A stretch of 64,000 bases of DNA from Marsupella aquatica (GCA_973895155.1 OZ316891.1:22395168-22459167); one strand, 5' to 3'. Shown: positions 13,589-30,270, counted from the first letter of the stretch. Notes: generated by a model not told the origin, from the letters alone. Numbers and translations are program-made.

Positions 13589-14369
13589 ACAGCCAATTAT
13601 TATTATGCAAAAGAAATCATGCTGACAATTCAAATGTTTTGTGTCAAAAATGTCACCAGCATTTTTTCCTGCGGGGTGGAAACAACGGGGTAGGTTCATG
13701 GCTTTTGATTCCAGGCTTCTGCCCTTTATAATTGCTTGAGTTACTCTAACCATAAGCTAGGAGGGGTCCCGGGAGGGGGTTGCCGAAAGCAGGGCTACTG
13801 ACTTGAGTGAAGTCATAACAAGGTATTGGAAGGTGTGGCTAGTTACCCCTGAGTGGAGTTCCCCCTCATTTCTTCCGACCCATCACGCGTGAATATGTGT
13901 TAAATGGTCAAGTAAGCATGTCTACCAGAAATATGCAAGCCATGATCTGTGCCTTGGATTCAGGATTGTTGTTGGGTTAGGACATCCAGATTATACACAA
14001 GTAGCTAGTTAGTATTATGGAGTCATACATTGTCTAAAGCGAATAATATGTTACCAACACTATTTCAAGTGTCTAAGCTTGTAAGAATGTGTAACTATGG
14101 CAAAGGTTTCTAGCAGGCAATACACAAAGTTAAATAAAATTGTTAGTACCATAACAACACAGATTAGTATACGTACTAAATTGATCATAGTCCATTTGAA
14201 TCTGGGATATTAGGCAGTGCACCACAACTTACTGCTAGTCAGGCCTTGTCATGTGGACCATCAACTAGTCTAACAAAATGCCCTTGACATAACCAGCATT
14301 GCACTCCCCAGGGTCATCTATCAGCCCCCTTAATTAGCTGGGATGGAAATCTTACTAATCAACCCCAAG

Positions 14370-14565
14370 CAGAAGCTAGAGTTTCTATCTAGGTTTCAAA
14401 AGTAAAGCCTCTAGACTGTGACTCTAGGGCCCCACCAAAAGTTATGTGGAGGAAAAGAACCATGAGATGTTATGTATGTCAAAATGATTATATACATGAT
14501 GATCTCTGTTGTCATGTTTATTTACATTCAAAGAATGAGCATTCACGCTCGTAGATAATACTTGC
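14370..14565 (+). repeat. Dispersed ~200-bp repeat, second copy at ~55020-55232
   Basis: Shared colinear blocks tctaggtttc, cctctagac, gatgttatgtatgtcaaaa and tcaaagaatg(a/g)gcattcac. Confidence 0.7.
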
Positions 14566-14939
14566 AATTAATCCCAACCTCACATTTCTGCTACCTTACC
14601 CGGGTGGTAACAAAGAGACGTGAGCCTACACTGGGCTAGCGGAAAAATTACTTGTAAGAAACCTCAATTGAAATCGTAAGAGCACATGAGATCATGGCTG
14701 GAAATCATATGTCTGGTTGGCACCAGCCATAATTATGTGGAGATGTTGTGGGTGTTTAATTTCTACATTCTAGTAATGTAAGTAATTAAATTTATCAGCT
14801 AGTGTGTTCTGCATCTGTCTCGATCAGAGCAATAAGCAAGTAGCTTGCCCAATGAAGCCTCTTCTTTAAGTCCTCATGACACTGTCATTATGGTACACAA
14901 ATACACTCAAAGAAAAAGCTCAGGGGACTGGACTTTTGA

Positions 14940-15878
14940 GGGCTTGAGATTATGAATATAGGAGGGGCCTCCAGAATTCATCAGAGACAAGTACCATTTG
15001 TTCCCTCCCTAATTTACATAATATAGGATAATGTGTGCTATGGCGACAGAAGACTTTCTAGGCATGTCCCAGAGAGACATGACTTTGTGGTAGCTCACTT
15101 GAGTAGGGACTGATAGGTTTTGGGGTTCAACTATTGTGGTTGACTCTTCCCTTTCTGTGAGGTTTCACAAATTCCCCCTTAAAAATTAAAAAAAGCCTTT
15201 CTAGGCATGAGATGATTATGGACATAGGAGGGGTCTCCAGAAATCGTAAGAGACTGGTACCCTTTGTTCCCTCCCTATTTTATATATAGGATAATGTGTG
15301 CCATGATGAGAGACTTTCCAGGCATAAAATGGTTATGGGAATAGGAGGGGTCTCCAGAAATCATTAGAGACAGGTACCCTTGGTTCCCTACTGAATTTAC
15401 ACATAGGATAATGTGTGCCACGATGAGAGAAGACTTTCTAGTCATGAGATGATTATGGACATAGGAGGGGTCTATATATATATCACATTGCAGAAAAGAC
15501 ATGGTGTACCCTTTGTACAGCGCTGAATTTACATAGAGGATAATGTGTGAGACTATGAGAGAACTGAATTGGACTGAATTTACATAGAGGATAATGTGTG
15601 CCACGATGAGAGAACTGAAGTGGGCTGAATTTACATAGAGGATAATATGTGCCGCGATGAGAGAACTGAAGTGTATTGAATTTATATAGAGGATAATGTG
15701 TGCCGCTTTGAGAGAACTGAAGTGCACTGATTTACAAAGGATAATGTGTGCCGCGATGTGAGAACCAAAGTGGACTAAATTTACATAGAGGATAATGTGT
15801 GAGAATATGAGAGAACTGAAGTGCACTAAATTTACGTAGAGGATAATGTGTGCGACGATGAGAGAACTGAAGTGCAGC
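14940..15878. repeat. Compound satellite: ~115-120-bp units followed by ~7 x 51-bp units
   Basis: The 51-bp core ctgaatttacatagaggataatgtgtgccacgatgagagaactgaagtg is a sub-part of the longer upstream unit. It produces the 17-aa periodic ORF 15275-15898. Confidence 0.9.
15067..15196 (+). mobile_element. Short tRNA-derived SINE, family B, with 13-bp TSD
   Basis: A-box-like tggtagctcacttgagtag, B-box-like ggggttcaa and an A-rich tail. ctttctaggcatg is duplicated at 15054-15066 and 15197-15209. Confidence 0.8.
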
Positions 15879-15978
15879 CCAAAGTGTGTGTCAAACATGT
15901 GCTGCAGTAGTGTAGGGCCGACCCAGGAACAGTGTGCGAAAGAATGGACGAGTTTGTAACTCAGGAAGTAAGTGTCGT

Positions 15979-16266
15979 TTAAGGGGTGTTGAGGGTATGT
16001 GTGTGTGTGGGCGGGGTGTAGTGGTGGGAGTATTGATTATCTCCTCAGCCCTGGTTGCCCACTTTGGGTTCTGGTTTAATCCTCTCTCCCTCCTGGTCTG
16101 GGTCCCTGTCGGATCCTTGGGTATTGTCCCCTTGTGGCTGCCCTACATAGAACTGCATGTTCCAAAGCAGGACGTCTATCCTCTGTTGGATGGGTCTGCT
16201 TTCGGTTTTCAAGGCCAAAAAAAAAAGAAAAAAAAAAGAAAGAAAAAAAAAGAAAGAAAAAAAAAA
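15979..16266 (+). mobile_element. 5'-truncated SINE, family A, with long A-rich tail and 9-bp TSD
   Basis: Homologous to 38339-38573 (-) and 6069-6142. About 50-nt A-rich tail; aagtgtcgt at 15970-15978 and 16267-16275. Confidence 0.85.
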
Positions 16267-16546
16267 AAGTGTCGTGGTTTGTGTCTCTGTGTTTATACGT
16301 AAGGCTCGAGCAGCTGTTGGTGATGGGCGTCTGAGTTTGTAACACAGGAAATAAGTGTCGTCATTTGTGGCTCTGTGTTTATTCGTAATGCTCGAGCAGC
16401 TAGCTGTAGGCGTCTGGTGGGGGTGACGAACTCGTTTGGTGTAAGTTGGCTTCGGTTGAAAGAAGCTAATCATTCGTCAGCAGGAGGGCTCGGTTCACAG
16501 TGTCGGACGAAGCTCAGGAATTGGTTTTTTTGTGCAGATCAATTGG

Positions 16547-16605
16547 ATGAAATTCGTCTTCAATTTGACCCTGGTGGCAGAATGGAGGGATTGATTAGGT
16601 ACTGA
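16547..16605 (+). promoter_or_regulatory. Two overlapping candidate uORFs in the spermidine synthase leader
   Basis: ATG16547-TGA16594 (MKFVFNLTLVAEWRD) and ATG16582-TGA16605 (MEGLIRY) lie downstream of candidate acceptors at 16537 and 16580, and end ~80 nt before the main ATG. Confidence 0.4.
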
Positions 16606-16684
16606 GGCACACAACATAGTCGGAGGTGGTAGGGAGCCAAAGTAACGGGAGGAGGGGTTGGAGGAGGATCTTGGAAAAGCGGGA

Positions 16685-19966
<3,282 letters not shown>

Positions 19967-21442
19967 AACATGATTTGATGGCAGCTGATCCTTTGGTCAA
20001 AGGTAGGGAGAGCGAGCTAGGATGATTTTCCTTGTAAACTCTCAGAAGATTCTTTAATATAGACGACTCCCATTTAATTTTTTGAGTTGATGTCACTTCC
20101 AGTACTTGAAATGAAGACTCGTGAGTCCATATTCTTACGATGCATGTCTAGGAAGGAGGGAAGTTGGAAACTTCATAGCTGAGTTCACTGAAGAAGATAG
20201 TCTTTACAAAAAGAGGAGTAGCATTGATCCAATACCAGAGTTTTAGCCCGATCTCGAACGTTGAGAAAAGGATCTCCTCAGCAGGAGAAACTTGGGTGAG
20301 TCGGTGTAACTAGAAACCTGTATCTGAGCCTACCCTTCAGGACTGCTGGAATATCGAGAGTCAGGTTTCCTTCAGAGCTGTTTTCGGTGAGCTCATTCAA
20401 GACCTGGTTCTGACTCGTGGCCGCAGGTTTTCCCCACTTTGACAAACAGTAGCATTTTGTGCTCGAATTAAACCGCAAAAAATGATCTATTGTCTGCGTG
20501 GTACCCTTGTGCCTGCTCAACTATACCGTTAAGCCAAAGTATGCTCCTGTAATTAGCTGAAAACGTTGGGGAAAGCATATTGAAAGATTGGGAAAGGTTT
20601 TCATGGCCGTACCGTGCGAAGCTGGTCAGATCTTGAGGTGTGAAAATTTTGTGCTAAAGTCAAGAATCAATCTCGAAAGTTGTGCCTTCGACAGCAGCTC
20701 GTGACGACCGGGCTGATATCAGTGGACCCCATGACAATACAGTAGTGTCGATTTACGTAGGCACTGGATTGATTGGATCGAGGATGCCGTGATTACCTTG
20801 GCGAAAATGATTTTTTTTACCAATGTTGGAAAGGTGCTGAGTGGTTTGGGGGGATCCTGGAGGACAGGAGGACTCGAGCTTGTTGGTAAGTTTTGATATC
20901 CCTCGATCCACAATGCATTGAATTGAATCAGGTCAAAGGCCCCTAGCTAAGCATCACCCATGCACACCATCAAGGCAGTATAAGACCGAGTATGCTGGTT
21001 GAAGAAATGCAATCCTATCTACATTTTTCAGTGATAGATACTATATCATTCATTTTGGGTTTGTACCACTTGATAGCGAGTTATGGTCTGGCTCAAATAT
21101 TGAAACGTTCTAAGTACGAATTCTGATGAGCCCCTCGATTGCACGCTGTATTGTCGGATTCACAGTCGAAGAACTGTAAAGCACAAAGGACTTTTCCCTA
21201 AATTACAATCCCAAGTATTTCTGGTCTCCATTTTCTCTGCAACACAATTCTATCCAATGGTTTGATGCACTTCCAAGAGAAAGTGCGCGGAAGGATTCCT
21301 TCTTCACAAACTATCGCATTGATGTACCGCTAAGAAAGCATGTTGGTCGGCCAGAAACGAGGATGACTGTATTTAGTGGAATATATATATATATATATAT
21401 GCTAGTTCCGATTGGGCTCAGTCTCAATCCCCATAGAAGACA

Positions 21443-22975
21443 TTAACTTGAGTGGGGCCTACTAGGTGGGGAATTAGGAGTTGTTTGTTGGGGAGAGACA
21501 CTGACAGAATGAACATCCACATCAAAGGACCGAGGCCTGAGGGGATCTGGCTGTGGGTTCTTCGGCACAATTACAGTGAGGAGCCCATCCTGGCAGGCAG
21601 CAGAAATGCCGTCCAAATTGGTATCAGTGGGCAGACTGAACTTGCGAATGAACCTCCCTCCACTGTTTCTCTCAACGAGAATGTACTTAATCTCTTCCTC
21701 CATTACAAAATCATCCCGCATTTGGTCTCCACTTATTTTCAGCACGCTGTCGTTCTCCACTTGCACCTGCACGACCCCTTGTTTTAGAGCTCTCAGGTAG
21801 ATTATGATGATGGAAAAGTCTATCTGTCTAGACCACGCAATCCAAGCTCCATCAGGGCTTGAATGGGTAAAACTCTTACACGCAATCCGAGTCCGTTAAG
21901 TTGTGCTCTACCGTGCATACAGTTTTTCAATCTCCTTGTTTCTTCTGAAGTCCACTGACATATTGCTGGACAGTTTTCACCTTGCCGGCTCTTACATGTA
22001 TATAGAGTCATGTTTATGTTGTTGTCTACTTTACTCTTTAATTGACTCATGACTGTGGCCGTCGTCCTACAAGGAAATCTTCCTTTGTGCTTGCTCAGAC
22101 ATTAACTACTTCACTAGCAGTCCTGAACGCAATAGAGGCCCAATGAATTATTTTGACCAGTGATTTTTTTATAAACTCGTGCTTGACTTGTGGAAAGCAA
22201 TTTGTTGAACTTGGTGACCGCAGTTGACTGAAGGTCACGAGACCTTACAATAAATCAGGCTAAGTGACTTCTACCTTAATTTCAGAGTGCTTCAAGCCCG
22301 GCATGTCTGCAAGAAATACATAGCAGTTTACTAGCTCTTTCACATCTACAGCTGTAGATGCTACTGCATCCAAATTCTGCACAGGTTTCCAAAGTGGCAA
22401 GACTTTTAAAAGGTTTGTGACCCTTGCAGCCGTCATATGTACTCAAAGCCCTGTGCAAGAGGCTTTGCCTTTCCTCATCTGTGCACAGTTGGTGCATGTT
22501 GTCTGTCTAGATTAAACTTCACGTTTAACTTCTACGCCAGCTCATGCACTAGCTACTGAGTCCCGTAGAGTACCTACCAACTCGACCTAAGACAGCTTGT
22601 GAATTCATTTGAAGGCAAAGCAGGTTTGTGACTTGTTCATGGACTACAAAAATTTAAACTTACGATGGTCGTACAACAATGACTTTGAATTTGATCTTCT
22701 TAGGTTAGTTGCCTGAATGTACTACTCTGTTCACTCTAAACACCCTCAACTGCAGAGAACTGAATACGTGTGCAGTAGAATAAAATTGCAAGTGATGGGT
22801 TCAAGAATAATCATACACGAGCAATATTCCGGATGCAGAAAGACACCGTAGTGCATGTGGAGGACAAGCACAAACATGCGCTAGCCATACAACTGAAGCA
22901 AAATGCAACTCCCCTCCGAACCCAAAACTTGCACTGTGCTGGTACACATGGAAAACATCCCGGCTGCAAATACAT
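21443..22975 (-). CDS. Class II sHSP / alpha-crystallin-domain protein with Cys-rich exon (paralogue 2)
   Basis: Exons 22975(or 22963)-22817, 22376-22275 and 21766-21443, GT-AG, phase 0. The middle exon is 102 nt as in paralogue 1. [28 protein letters not shown]|[13 protein letters not shown]...[11 protein letters not shown]. May extend upstream to 25370. Confidence 0.85.
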
Positions 22976-23774
22976 AGTTTGCTTCCAGATTTTGGTCATT
23001 CAGTATTACTCAAGGCCAGACGTCTACTACACTGTCTAGCTATCTGCAGCATATTCTCGTCTGTCTTGTCTACATGTTTCCTAATTACACACAGGCCGTG
23101 AATTGTTTTTGAGATTGTCGAAGACACCGAGGAAGCAAACATCAACTACTTGAGTAGATTGACTGTCTAAAGAATGTGCCAAATTACATTATAAAGAATG
23201 GATTAGTCTGAAGTCAGATAGCTCATCTCTGGGTCCAGATTTTTCACTTGGATTAGACTATCGTTGAAAATCAAGTCCACATTGGTCAAAAGTTCAGATT
23301 GGAAGTCATTACCGTGCCTTGGCAACACCTTTGACGACCACAAATCCTTGGACATAACGAAGCTCTGTAGCTCACGAAAGTAAGCTCACCCGGGTGGTCT
23401 GGGTTTTTGTCCATTCCCCTTCCTTCAACATTAAAACACATCCCAATTATTAACTGGGCGGCAATCCAACAAATATGGCTTGAAATCACATGGATGATCA
23501 AATTAGATATCAGTATGCTAGTTACATGATTTAAACATATTTTCATGATTACTAAGCCACCTGCTTTTCCAACCATGACTTATGAGCATTTCAGAACACA
23601 CAGGGCAGACTGTTATCAGATCTCCCAATATAATAGAAAGGTGAAAATGCCACTGTCATAGGGTAAAGTACTGTTTCTGAAATATGTTTTTGAAAATCTT
23701 CTAGTTGGTTTTAGTTTGTTAGCACCCAGACACATTGGGTGTTACATACTCTTATCTAGATGCTCTAAACTTAC

Positions 23775-24151
23775 CTAGGTGGCGTTGAGTGTCTCCTGGG
23801 TTCGCAGGTGGTGGGGATCCGGGCCCGACATTGACATGAGATACTCTAACAACTTTGCTGCTGTTTGGCATTGTTTGCTTTTCCGTATCAGTCTGGCGTG
23901 TCTGATTAACCATGGATGGCTTTCCGGATCCTTGTCCCTCTTTGGATGCTTGGGAGTCAGAGGGATCTAAACCTTGTGAGTCAATGGGACGGCCATCATT
24001 TCCAACTTCAAATTGTCCTTCTGAACCCTCTTGAAATGGCGTTTGTGGTGGCATTGTGCTTTGATCTGGATTTTGTGGTAGTTCTTTCCCTGGTTGATCT
24101 GGGCCCATAGTGCTAGCGGGTGGAGGATGAATATGATGAACTTCCACCAAC
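23775..24151 (-). CDS. Candidate upstream low-complexity (P/Q/S/G-rich) exon of sHSP paralogue 2
   Basis: Open 125-codon frame bounded by a ggcag| acceptor and a strong |gtaagt donor, on the same strand as the sHSP gene. Confidence 0.5.
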
Positions 24152-27100
24152 CTGCCATATATTACCCTTGAGTGAGTACTCGGAGCAGATGACTAAAGCA
24201 GTGATTCACACTATACTCCTTACTTGAGATCAGAGTTCAGTGATAGTCAAACTCAAATGAATATGATGGTTTTTTTTATAAATTGTTTAACGGAAGACGA
24301 CGCTCAAATCAATATATTTCACAAACAGCTTGCAGTGTTTGATTTAAAGGAGAGAGAGCGTTGTTGGGGTTGTTTGTTTTGAATTACTTCAAGTGCATTC
24401 TCATCATTAACACATCCCTCGTCCTGATGGGGTCTTCCAAGATTAATTTAAAACCCATCCACTCATTCTTGTGCAACACAAAGGTGGCATAGGCTAAGTT
24501 CCATTTTCTTTCATTCATTAAAGCCTAAACTTACAAAACTAGATTTTTGGTTTAGTGGCTGTGCTGAGTCGAGAATCAGACATGTTGGTGACAGTCATAC
24601 TCTTACAGGCAATCCACCAGATGCGACAAATTGTACTTGACTCTACAAGAATTCAAAACAATTTCTGCAGGAAAAAAGCGCTTCATTCAGGGCTCAAAAG
24701 AAATCTACATGCCTTCTATGTGATTGCATTACAGGCTCTGGATTATGCATAGTGAACTTGACATTGTTAGATTATCTTCATTTTATATTGTTTGATGTTC
24801 CAATTGAATTGGTAGCAGAAACGTCGACATGAGTAGCTTCCACAAAGAATTGCGAATTGAACACATCGTGGCTGAAACTAATTTCTCAAGACCAAGAGGA
24901 CCCAGTCAATTTCATCAAGCCAGAAATGAGTGAAATTTGACATCACCCAAAAATTCAAGCAATTGAGTACAGCAAGAGTCCCAGCCAGGGATGACCCCCA
25001 CAGACCTGCTGTTGCATATTCTGGGAAGGCGCATAGTCGGTCGAGGAAAGGGGAGACAATAGTGCGAGGCACTCTTCGTGGGGTTCTCCGTCTTCATCAC
25101 GAGCATCCCATCCCAGAACCACTCTTTAGTGTCTAAGAACCATTTTTTCATTCGGCCAGCAGGATACAAGTGTTGAACAGGGTGCCTCACTGATCCACTA
25201 CACGCGCTTCTGCATCCTCCCTCATAAGTTCTGAATTGTAGTCCACCCCCAGGTCTGCCTCCTCCAGGCAAGCAAGGCATGTGCAAATGAGTGGGATTGG
25301 ATTCGCCACCCACCGCTAGATGCCACACTTGACAGTTCCTCTCACATTGTTGCTTGCATTCTCCTCCCATCTTGGCTCCTTGAGCAATTCTCCCCAGTGA
25401 ATCTACTCGCCAATGCTATCCAGTTACTTATTTGTCCATCACCAACAGTTTCTTCTGATATGGTCCATTTGGAGAATCTTCCCCTCGCCTTGTTTATCCC
25501 TCATCGACACTGTCTTGATACGCTTCAGTGATTAGATAATCATCTCACATGCAGCAGTACTGAGGTTGAGAAATGCAGCTCTGTCAACCCAGATTCCTGC
25601 TCTGACATTTCCTTAAAATGAACCATACTTTTTGAAAAATTTCTCCGATCCTTATTTGATATGATAAATCACACACAGGAGAAATATAGGTTGACAGAGC
25701 ATATCAATAAGGATCGAAGAAATATAGGTTGACAGAGCATACCAATAAGTTTGAGAAATGCTCTTTCAACCTATATTGCTGCTCTGGCATATCCTTAAAG
25801 ATTTCTTCCATCCTTATTCGTCGCACCGGGTATTCGTTGATGTCTTGAGAGCGCGTTCATACAGATATTGCGCGGGACTTATCTATGCATGATTGTGGGC
25901 CTAATGCGTCGTCCCTCGAATTCTTCCATGGAACAGAAAGATTCACACGATCATCAGAAAGATGTACGACTTCTCTTTCGACCATATTCATGACCTATAG
26001 TCACAATTTGGCCAAATCTTTCTAACGCAGCTTTCTTTCAACTTGAGACGATCCATCAATGTCCCTCATTTCAAACTAAGTTGCATAACTTCAGTTAGAC
26101 TTCTTCGTTGTCCATTAGTTTCCTGTCATCAGACCTTTTCACAGGTTTGAACTGGTCTGATATATGTGAGCTAGGAAAACCAACTGCAGTTCAGCTGTGA
26201 GATCTTGCTCTTTGCATTATGATACCTCGGTATTTTGTGACACTTTCTTGTCCTCTAACTTTCTTGTCCTTTAGCTTGTTAGCATCAATCAATGACTATA
26301 TAAGCAGCTATGTTGGCTCGGGTCATTTCGTTGTACAATCATAATTCTCGATCTCCCGATCTGACTTTTTAAAATTTGGTATCACTCTTCAATTGATTTC
26401 TTACAAACTCGTCCCACTCTCGACGATCCACAGTGTGAATTTCTTGATTTTCAGTTCTGTCCAGAAACTGACTTCCAAGCTAGTCAGTCGCTCCAAAGCG
26501 ATGCTTCATCGCTATGAACCACAAGCTGATGTTCAGGACTCGAAATTTTACATGCAGCATATCAAGCACTCCTTCGGCAGGAATGGCTGCTGCAGAACAA
26601 TGTAGCAGACAACGGTGAATTCCGACAAACTGCAGCCCTTCGGATACAGGCTGAAAGTCTGCTGGACATTGTTGTAACCTTCTTCTATATACTAGAGAGG
26701 AGGCATGAGATCTAACTATTAAAATCGACCACTCTTTCTCCGCAGTATTTAACCCTACTACCGGGACAGCATTATTCAGATCTTCTATCGTGCAAGGTTT
26801 CAAATGAGATATCGCATGCAAGCCCCCTCTCTTCCCATTCCTTTGTTTTAACTGCCAGGTGCTCTGGTATAGAAAATTTCAATATTACAAATGGTCAAGA
26901 TATCATGACGAAAGCTGCTAAGTTCCTGAATATTTTGGCGATGGCTCCTGCTAAGTTCCTTGTGTCCAGTACTCCTTCTCAGGTTCACATCTGAAGTATG
27001 CAATGCCACTGGGTACATTGCGTGCCGGCAGTGAGCTTCTTTCTTTACTTTTGCCAGGGGCTTGACCTGCGTTCATTGTCTATTCGGTTGGCCCTCGATC

Positions 27101-27299
27101 AGGGCTTGTGATTTTTCTTGCAGTTAAGAGTTAAGGGTTTTCGAAGCAAAGGAACAATTGCGCAGTCGTTTGCTTGTGATGGCAGGGGTTCTTCTTTAAC
27201 CTCCAGCGTGTGTAAAATTAAAGTGGGAGTCGATTAAGGAATGCACTTGATTTACTCTTGAATCTTGGCCACACTCCTCGACAGCTTTTAGCATTTCAT

Positions 27300-27620
27300 G
27301 GTCAGGAGGGAATCATATAACAACACGTGAGTGGGAGGTTCCATGGACAACAGCTAATTATTTCTTCATTTCTTCAAGAAAAATTTCCCGTAGATTCTGG
27401 CAGGGTGCTTGAAGTGTTCACTCAGGATATTTGCGCTATAAAAGCTCGGGGATTGTTCGAGGTCCTCCTTAGTATTGAGAATGGAAAGGAAGGATCGTCA
27501 GAAACAGAAAGCATGTTGTCGCAACGGTACCAACTGTTTCCTACATCCTCCATTCGATGCTGTGGGAGTACTTCAGTACAATGACTCGTTAAAACAAAGA
27601 CAATCATTCAATCTCAGCAA
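27300..27620 (-). pseudogene. Decayed KDZ/CxC-type transposase-like fragment
   Basis: Frame-broken QHAFCF / DDPSFPFSILRRTSNNPRAFI / QNLREIFL..VHGTSH follows the remembered motif order CxHG..GF-ESP..PF.IL..RF...P-NREP.FF-D.FH...H. Confidence 0.3.
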
Positions 27621-29334
27621 CTTCTGTCTCTTGTTCATTTCTAAGGTGTCCCTGTAGTTCCACTTCACTCTTTCTTATAGTATTTGCCTAATTCCTATGC
27701 CATGTGCTGCATAGATACTTCGGGACTTATAGCTTCTTTGATTTCTTTCCTTTGTGTTCAGATAGGTTTTGCCCATATCTTGTGGTAGGCGATGAGTCTA
27801 TGACATTCATTCTGTACAATTGGCTTTCTTGCATTCATTGCTAGAGTACAAAGAAGCACGGGAGTTTGAGGCGATGGACGACACAAGTAGCAGCATAGCA
27901 CGGAGGGTCAATGCTATAGAAATTACACTCTTACTTTTCCTCCTGTTTAATACTGAAGTAGCGGTTATGCAGTTGTCTTATGACCAATCATGCATAACAT
28001 GCTCTCTGCCTGAACGTTGTGAATCAGTTACTCGTTGTACATTGCAACACAGTACATCTTTCTGCAGTCATATCGCAGATCTTGGTGAAGGGGTTGATGA
28101 AAAATTCATCGTTGAATTGGGTACCTTATCATTATATTTCCTATGATGTTCCGTGGTATTATACACTTCAGCTCTGTCTCTTACTAGACTGAATTCTCCT
28201 TTATCCTCAAATCACATAATTGCACTCAACGCAGGACGTAATGTCGGTCGTGAAAGTTGGAAGGGAATATGGAAACGAAAATATGATTAGAGCAGGTCGG
28301 GGGGGGGGGGGGGGTGTGCTCCAAATTGACCAAAACCAGCTCTTTTTCTTTGGGTTGGAAATCAATTTATAAGAGTAAAACCTACAGGATCAAGGGATTG
28401 AATTATTTTAGCACCAATGGCAAACATGGTGAGTGCTGGGGCCAAGAATTGAACGGTGATTGCAAAGTTGTTGGGGGTTGTCTGTTCTATGGTATGGTTG
28501 ACATAATTGCTGAAATAAGGGGAAGTAGATGAACGAGGGATTGAAGGTCCGCAAACATGGTGGCCTCCACTGTCGCCATTTACAAAGGCAATCGCAAAGA
28601 GTGATAACAATCTGGTGTACTCACAATGAGACTTTGAAACACTTCTGTCAGTCATGTCGGAATTGAGTTTCATGAGAATTGATGGAAAAAAGAGCGAGTA
28701 GATGGAAGACGAATTTCAATTCCATGATTGAAGCAATCAAGCAACGCTGCCTTGTGACATTCTGATACTGTGCAAGGCTTACAAGATCATGACACGAGGA
28801 GCATGCTTGCTTGGCGGTATATGATTGCCCATGCACTCTTCAACCTTAAACCCTAACCTCGTCCTCTCGCTATATTGCCCAGAGAGAAGTCGGGAAAGTG
28901 ATCTCAGTCGCCTTTTTCAACAACAGCAACTCAGAAAAAAACGACAAGTTGCGAAGGAGAAGAGTTGGGCTTTAAGTTTCTTTGTGGGAATCAATGATCC
29001 ACCAACCATTCTTTGGACTTGTTTCCAACGAAAAGGATGGTTGCCTTATATCTCCGCAACAGCAGTACACTTAGTGGAGTCACCAGACGAGGTCTACTTT
29101 GTTTGCACCATAAAGAAACACTTCCAACGCCAAAACCCTGAACAAACTGAAGGAAAAAACGCAGTGAGATTCATCATAGTATACATACAAAAGATCTTCA
29201 ACACTGTAAGCAATTGCCTTTGTAGATGATGATACAAGCGACCGCCGTAATAAATTAAGAAATGCCCACCAATTATGGTTAAACAAAAAAAACCCAGAAA
29301 TTGTGAAGGCGCGCAAACGATATATTTCGTTCAA

Positions 29335-29615
29335 CGAAGAACATTTTAAAAGAGAGCTTGACTATTTGTCAACAGAGTGAAGAACATTTTCAAAGAGATG
29401 GTTCAAAATTTGTCAACAGAATGAAGAACATTTCAGAAGAGATGGTTCAAGATTCAACAATGAAAGAATTTTAAGTGCTTTCGCTTTGGACAGAAGTGAA
29501 TAACATTTTAAAAGGGGTAGTTCAAGATTTGTCGACAGAATTAAGAACATTTTGAAAGAGAGAGCTCAAGATTCAACAATGGGAGAAGTTTTAGTGTTTT
29601 TTCGCTTCGGACAGA
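29335..29615. repeat. Degenerate ~44-bp tandem repeat with a ~120-bp higher-order unit
   Basis: gaagaacattt...agag...ttcaa.att(tgt)caaca recurs five times, and the spacer gtg.tttcgctt.ggacagaa recurs twice. Confidence 0.75.
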
Positions 29616-29719
29616 ACAACGAACACTCAAAATTTACAGCAGATTTTCAGGCCCCCAACTGACGAAATAGGGAGAGGGATCCATTGCCAGAATGAAGAAA
29701 ATCTCTAAAAGCCATACCT

Positions 29720-30270
29720 CGTATTGTAGCACATCGTCGTTGGACTCCAGCTATCCCATGAATCCCCATATAGCAACTTCATGATTAGGGACAAGTTTCT
29801 TTCTGACGATGCTCTTCTTAGTGGAAGAAATCAAGTTGAATTTCAAGGCCAAATAAAAGTCTTCTGACGAACAGGCAATGGCGTATCACACACTTTTGTA
29901 AACCTACAGTCGACATACGTGATAGTTGTACCCTGGCTGATGCAAAACCCGACAGCTACCCTTGCAAGAATTTCTGGGCAGTCCGGCCCATTGATGCGTC
30001 TTATATATGCTTATCATTTGAGTGTCATGAGAATTCTTTCGTTTTTGGCACGGCAACGAGAGCCGGGATGCTTTCTAAAGGTACTACTAATTTTTTGGAT
30101 GCGATTCATGCGCTTTATGGATTAATCAAGCCACTGCACCGTGGACAGATGCAACTACATGATTACGCGATGGACACACACATGACGGGTACCAGTGGAA
30201 GTCCGATCCGGTCACGAGCTTCGTGCTTTCAGTGGAGAGATTTTTTGCCATGTGTAGTGATGCTTTCAAG
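29720..30270 (+). pseudogene. Decayed KDZ/CxC-type transposase-like fragment
   Basis: HIVVGLQLSHESPYSNFMIRDKF ... LIY...LARQREPGCFLK / FLDAIHALYG...YAMDTH across a frameshift. Confidence 0.3.

Noticed and set aside
15934-16473. Lys-rich and Phe-rich ORFs
   Set aside because: Translation of the SINE body and its A-rich tail.
25691-25700. TTGACAGAGC resembling the 5' end of miR156/157
   Set aside because: Only 8 nt match; the rest of the mature sequence is absent.
29718-29903. Minus-strand AG..GT-bounded 186-nt pseudo-exon
   Set aside because: It has two in-frame stops and no partner exons; the + strand KDZ-like reading explains the region better.
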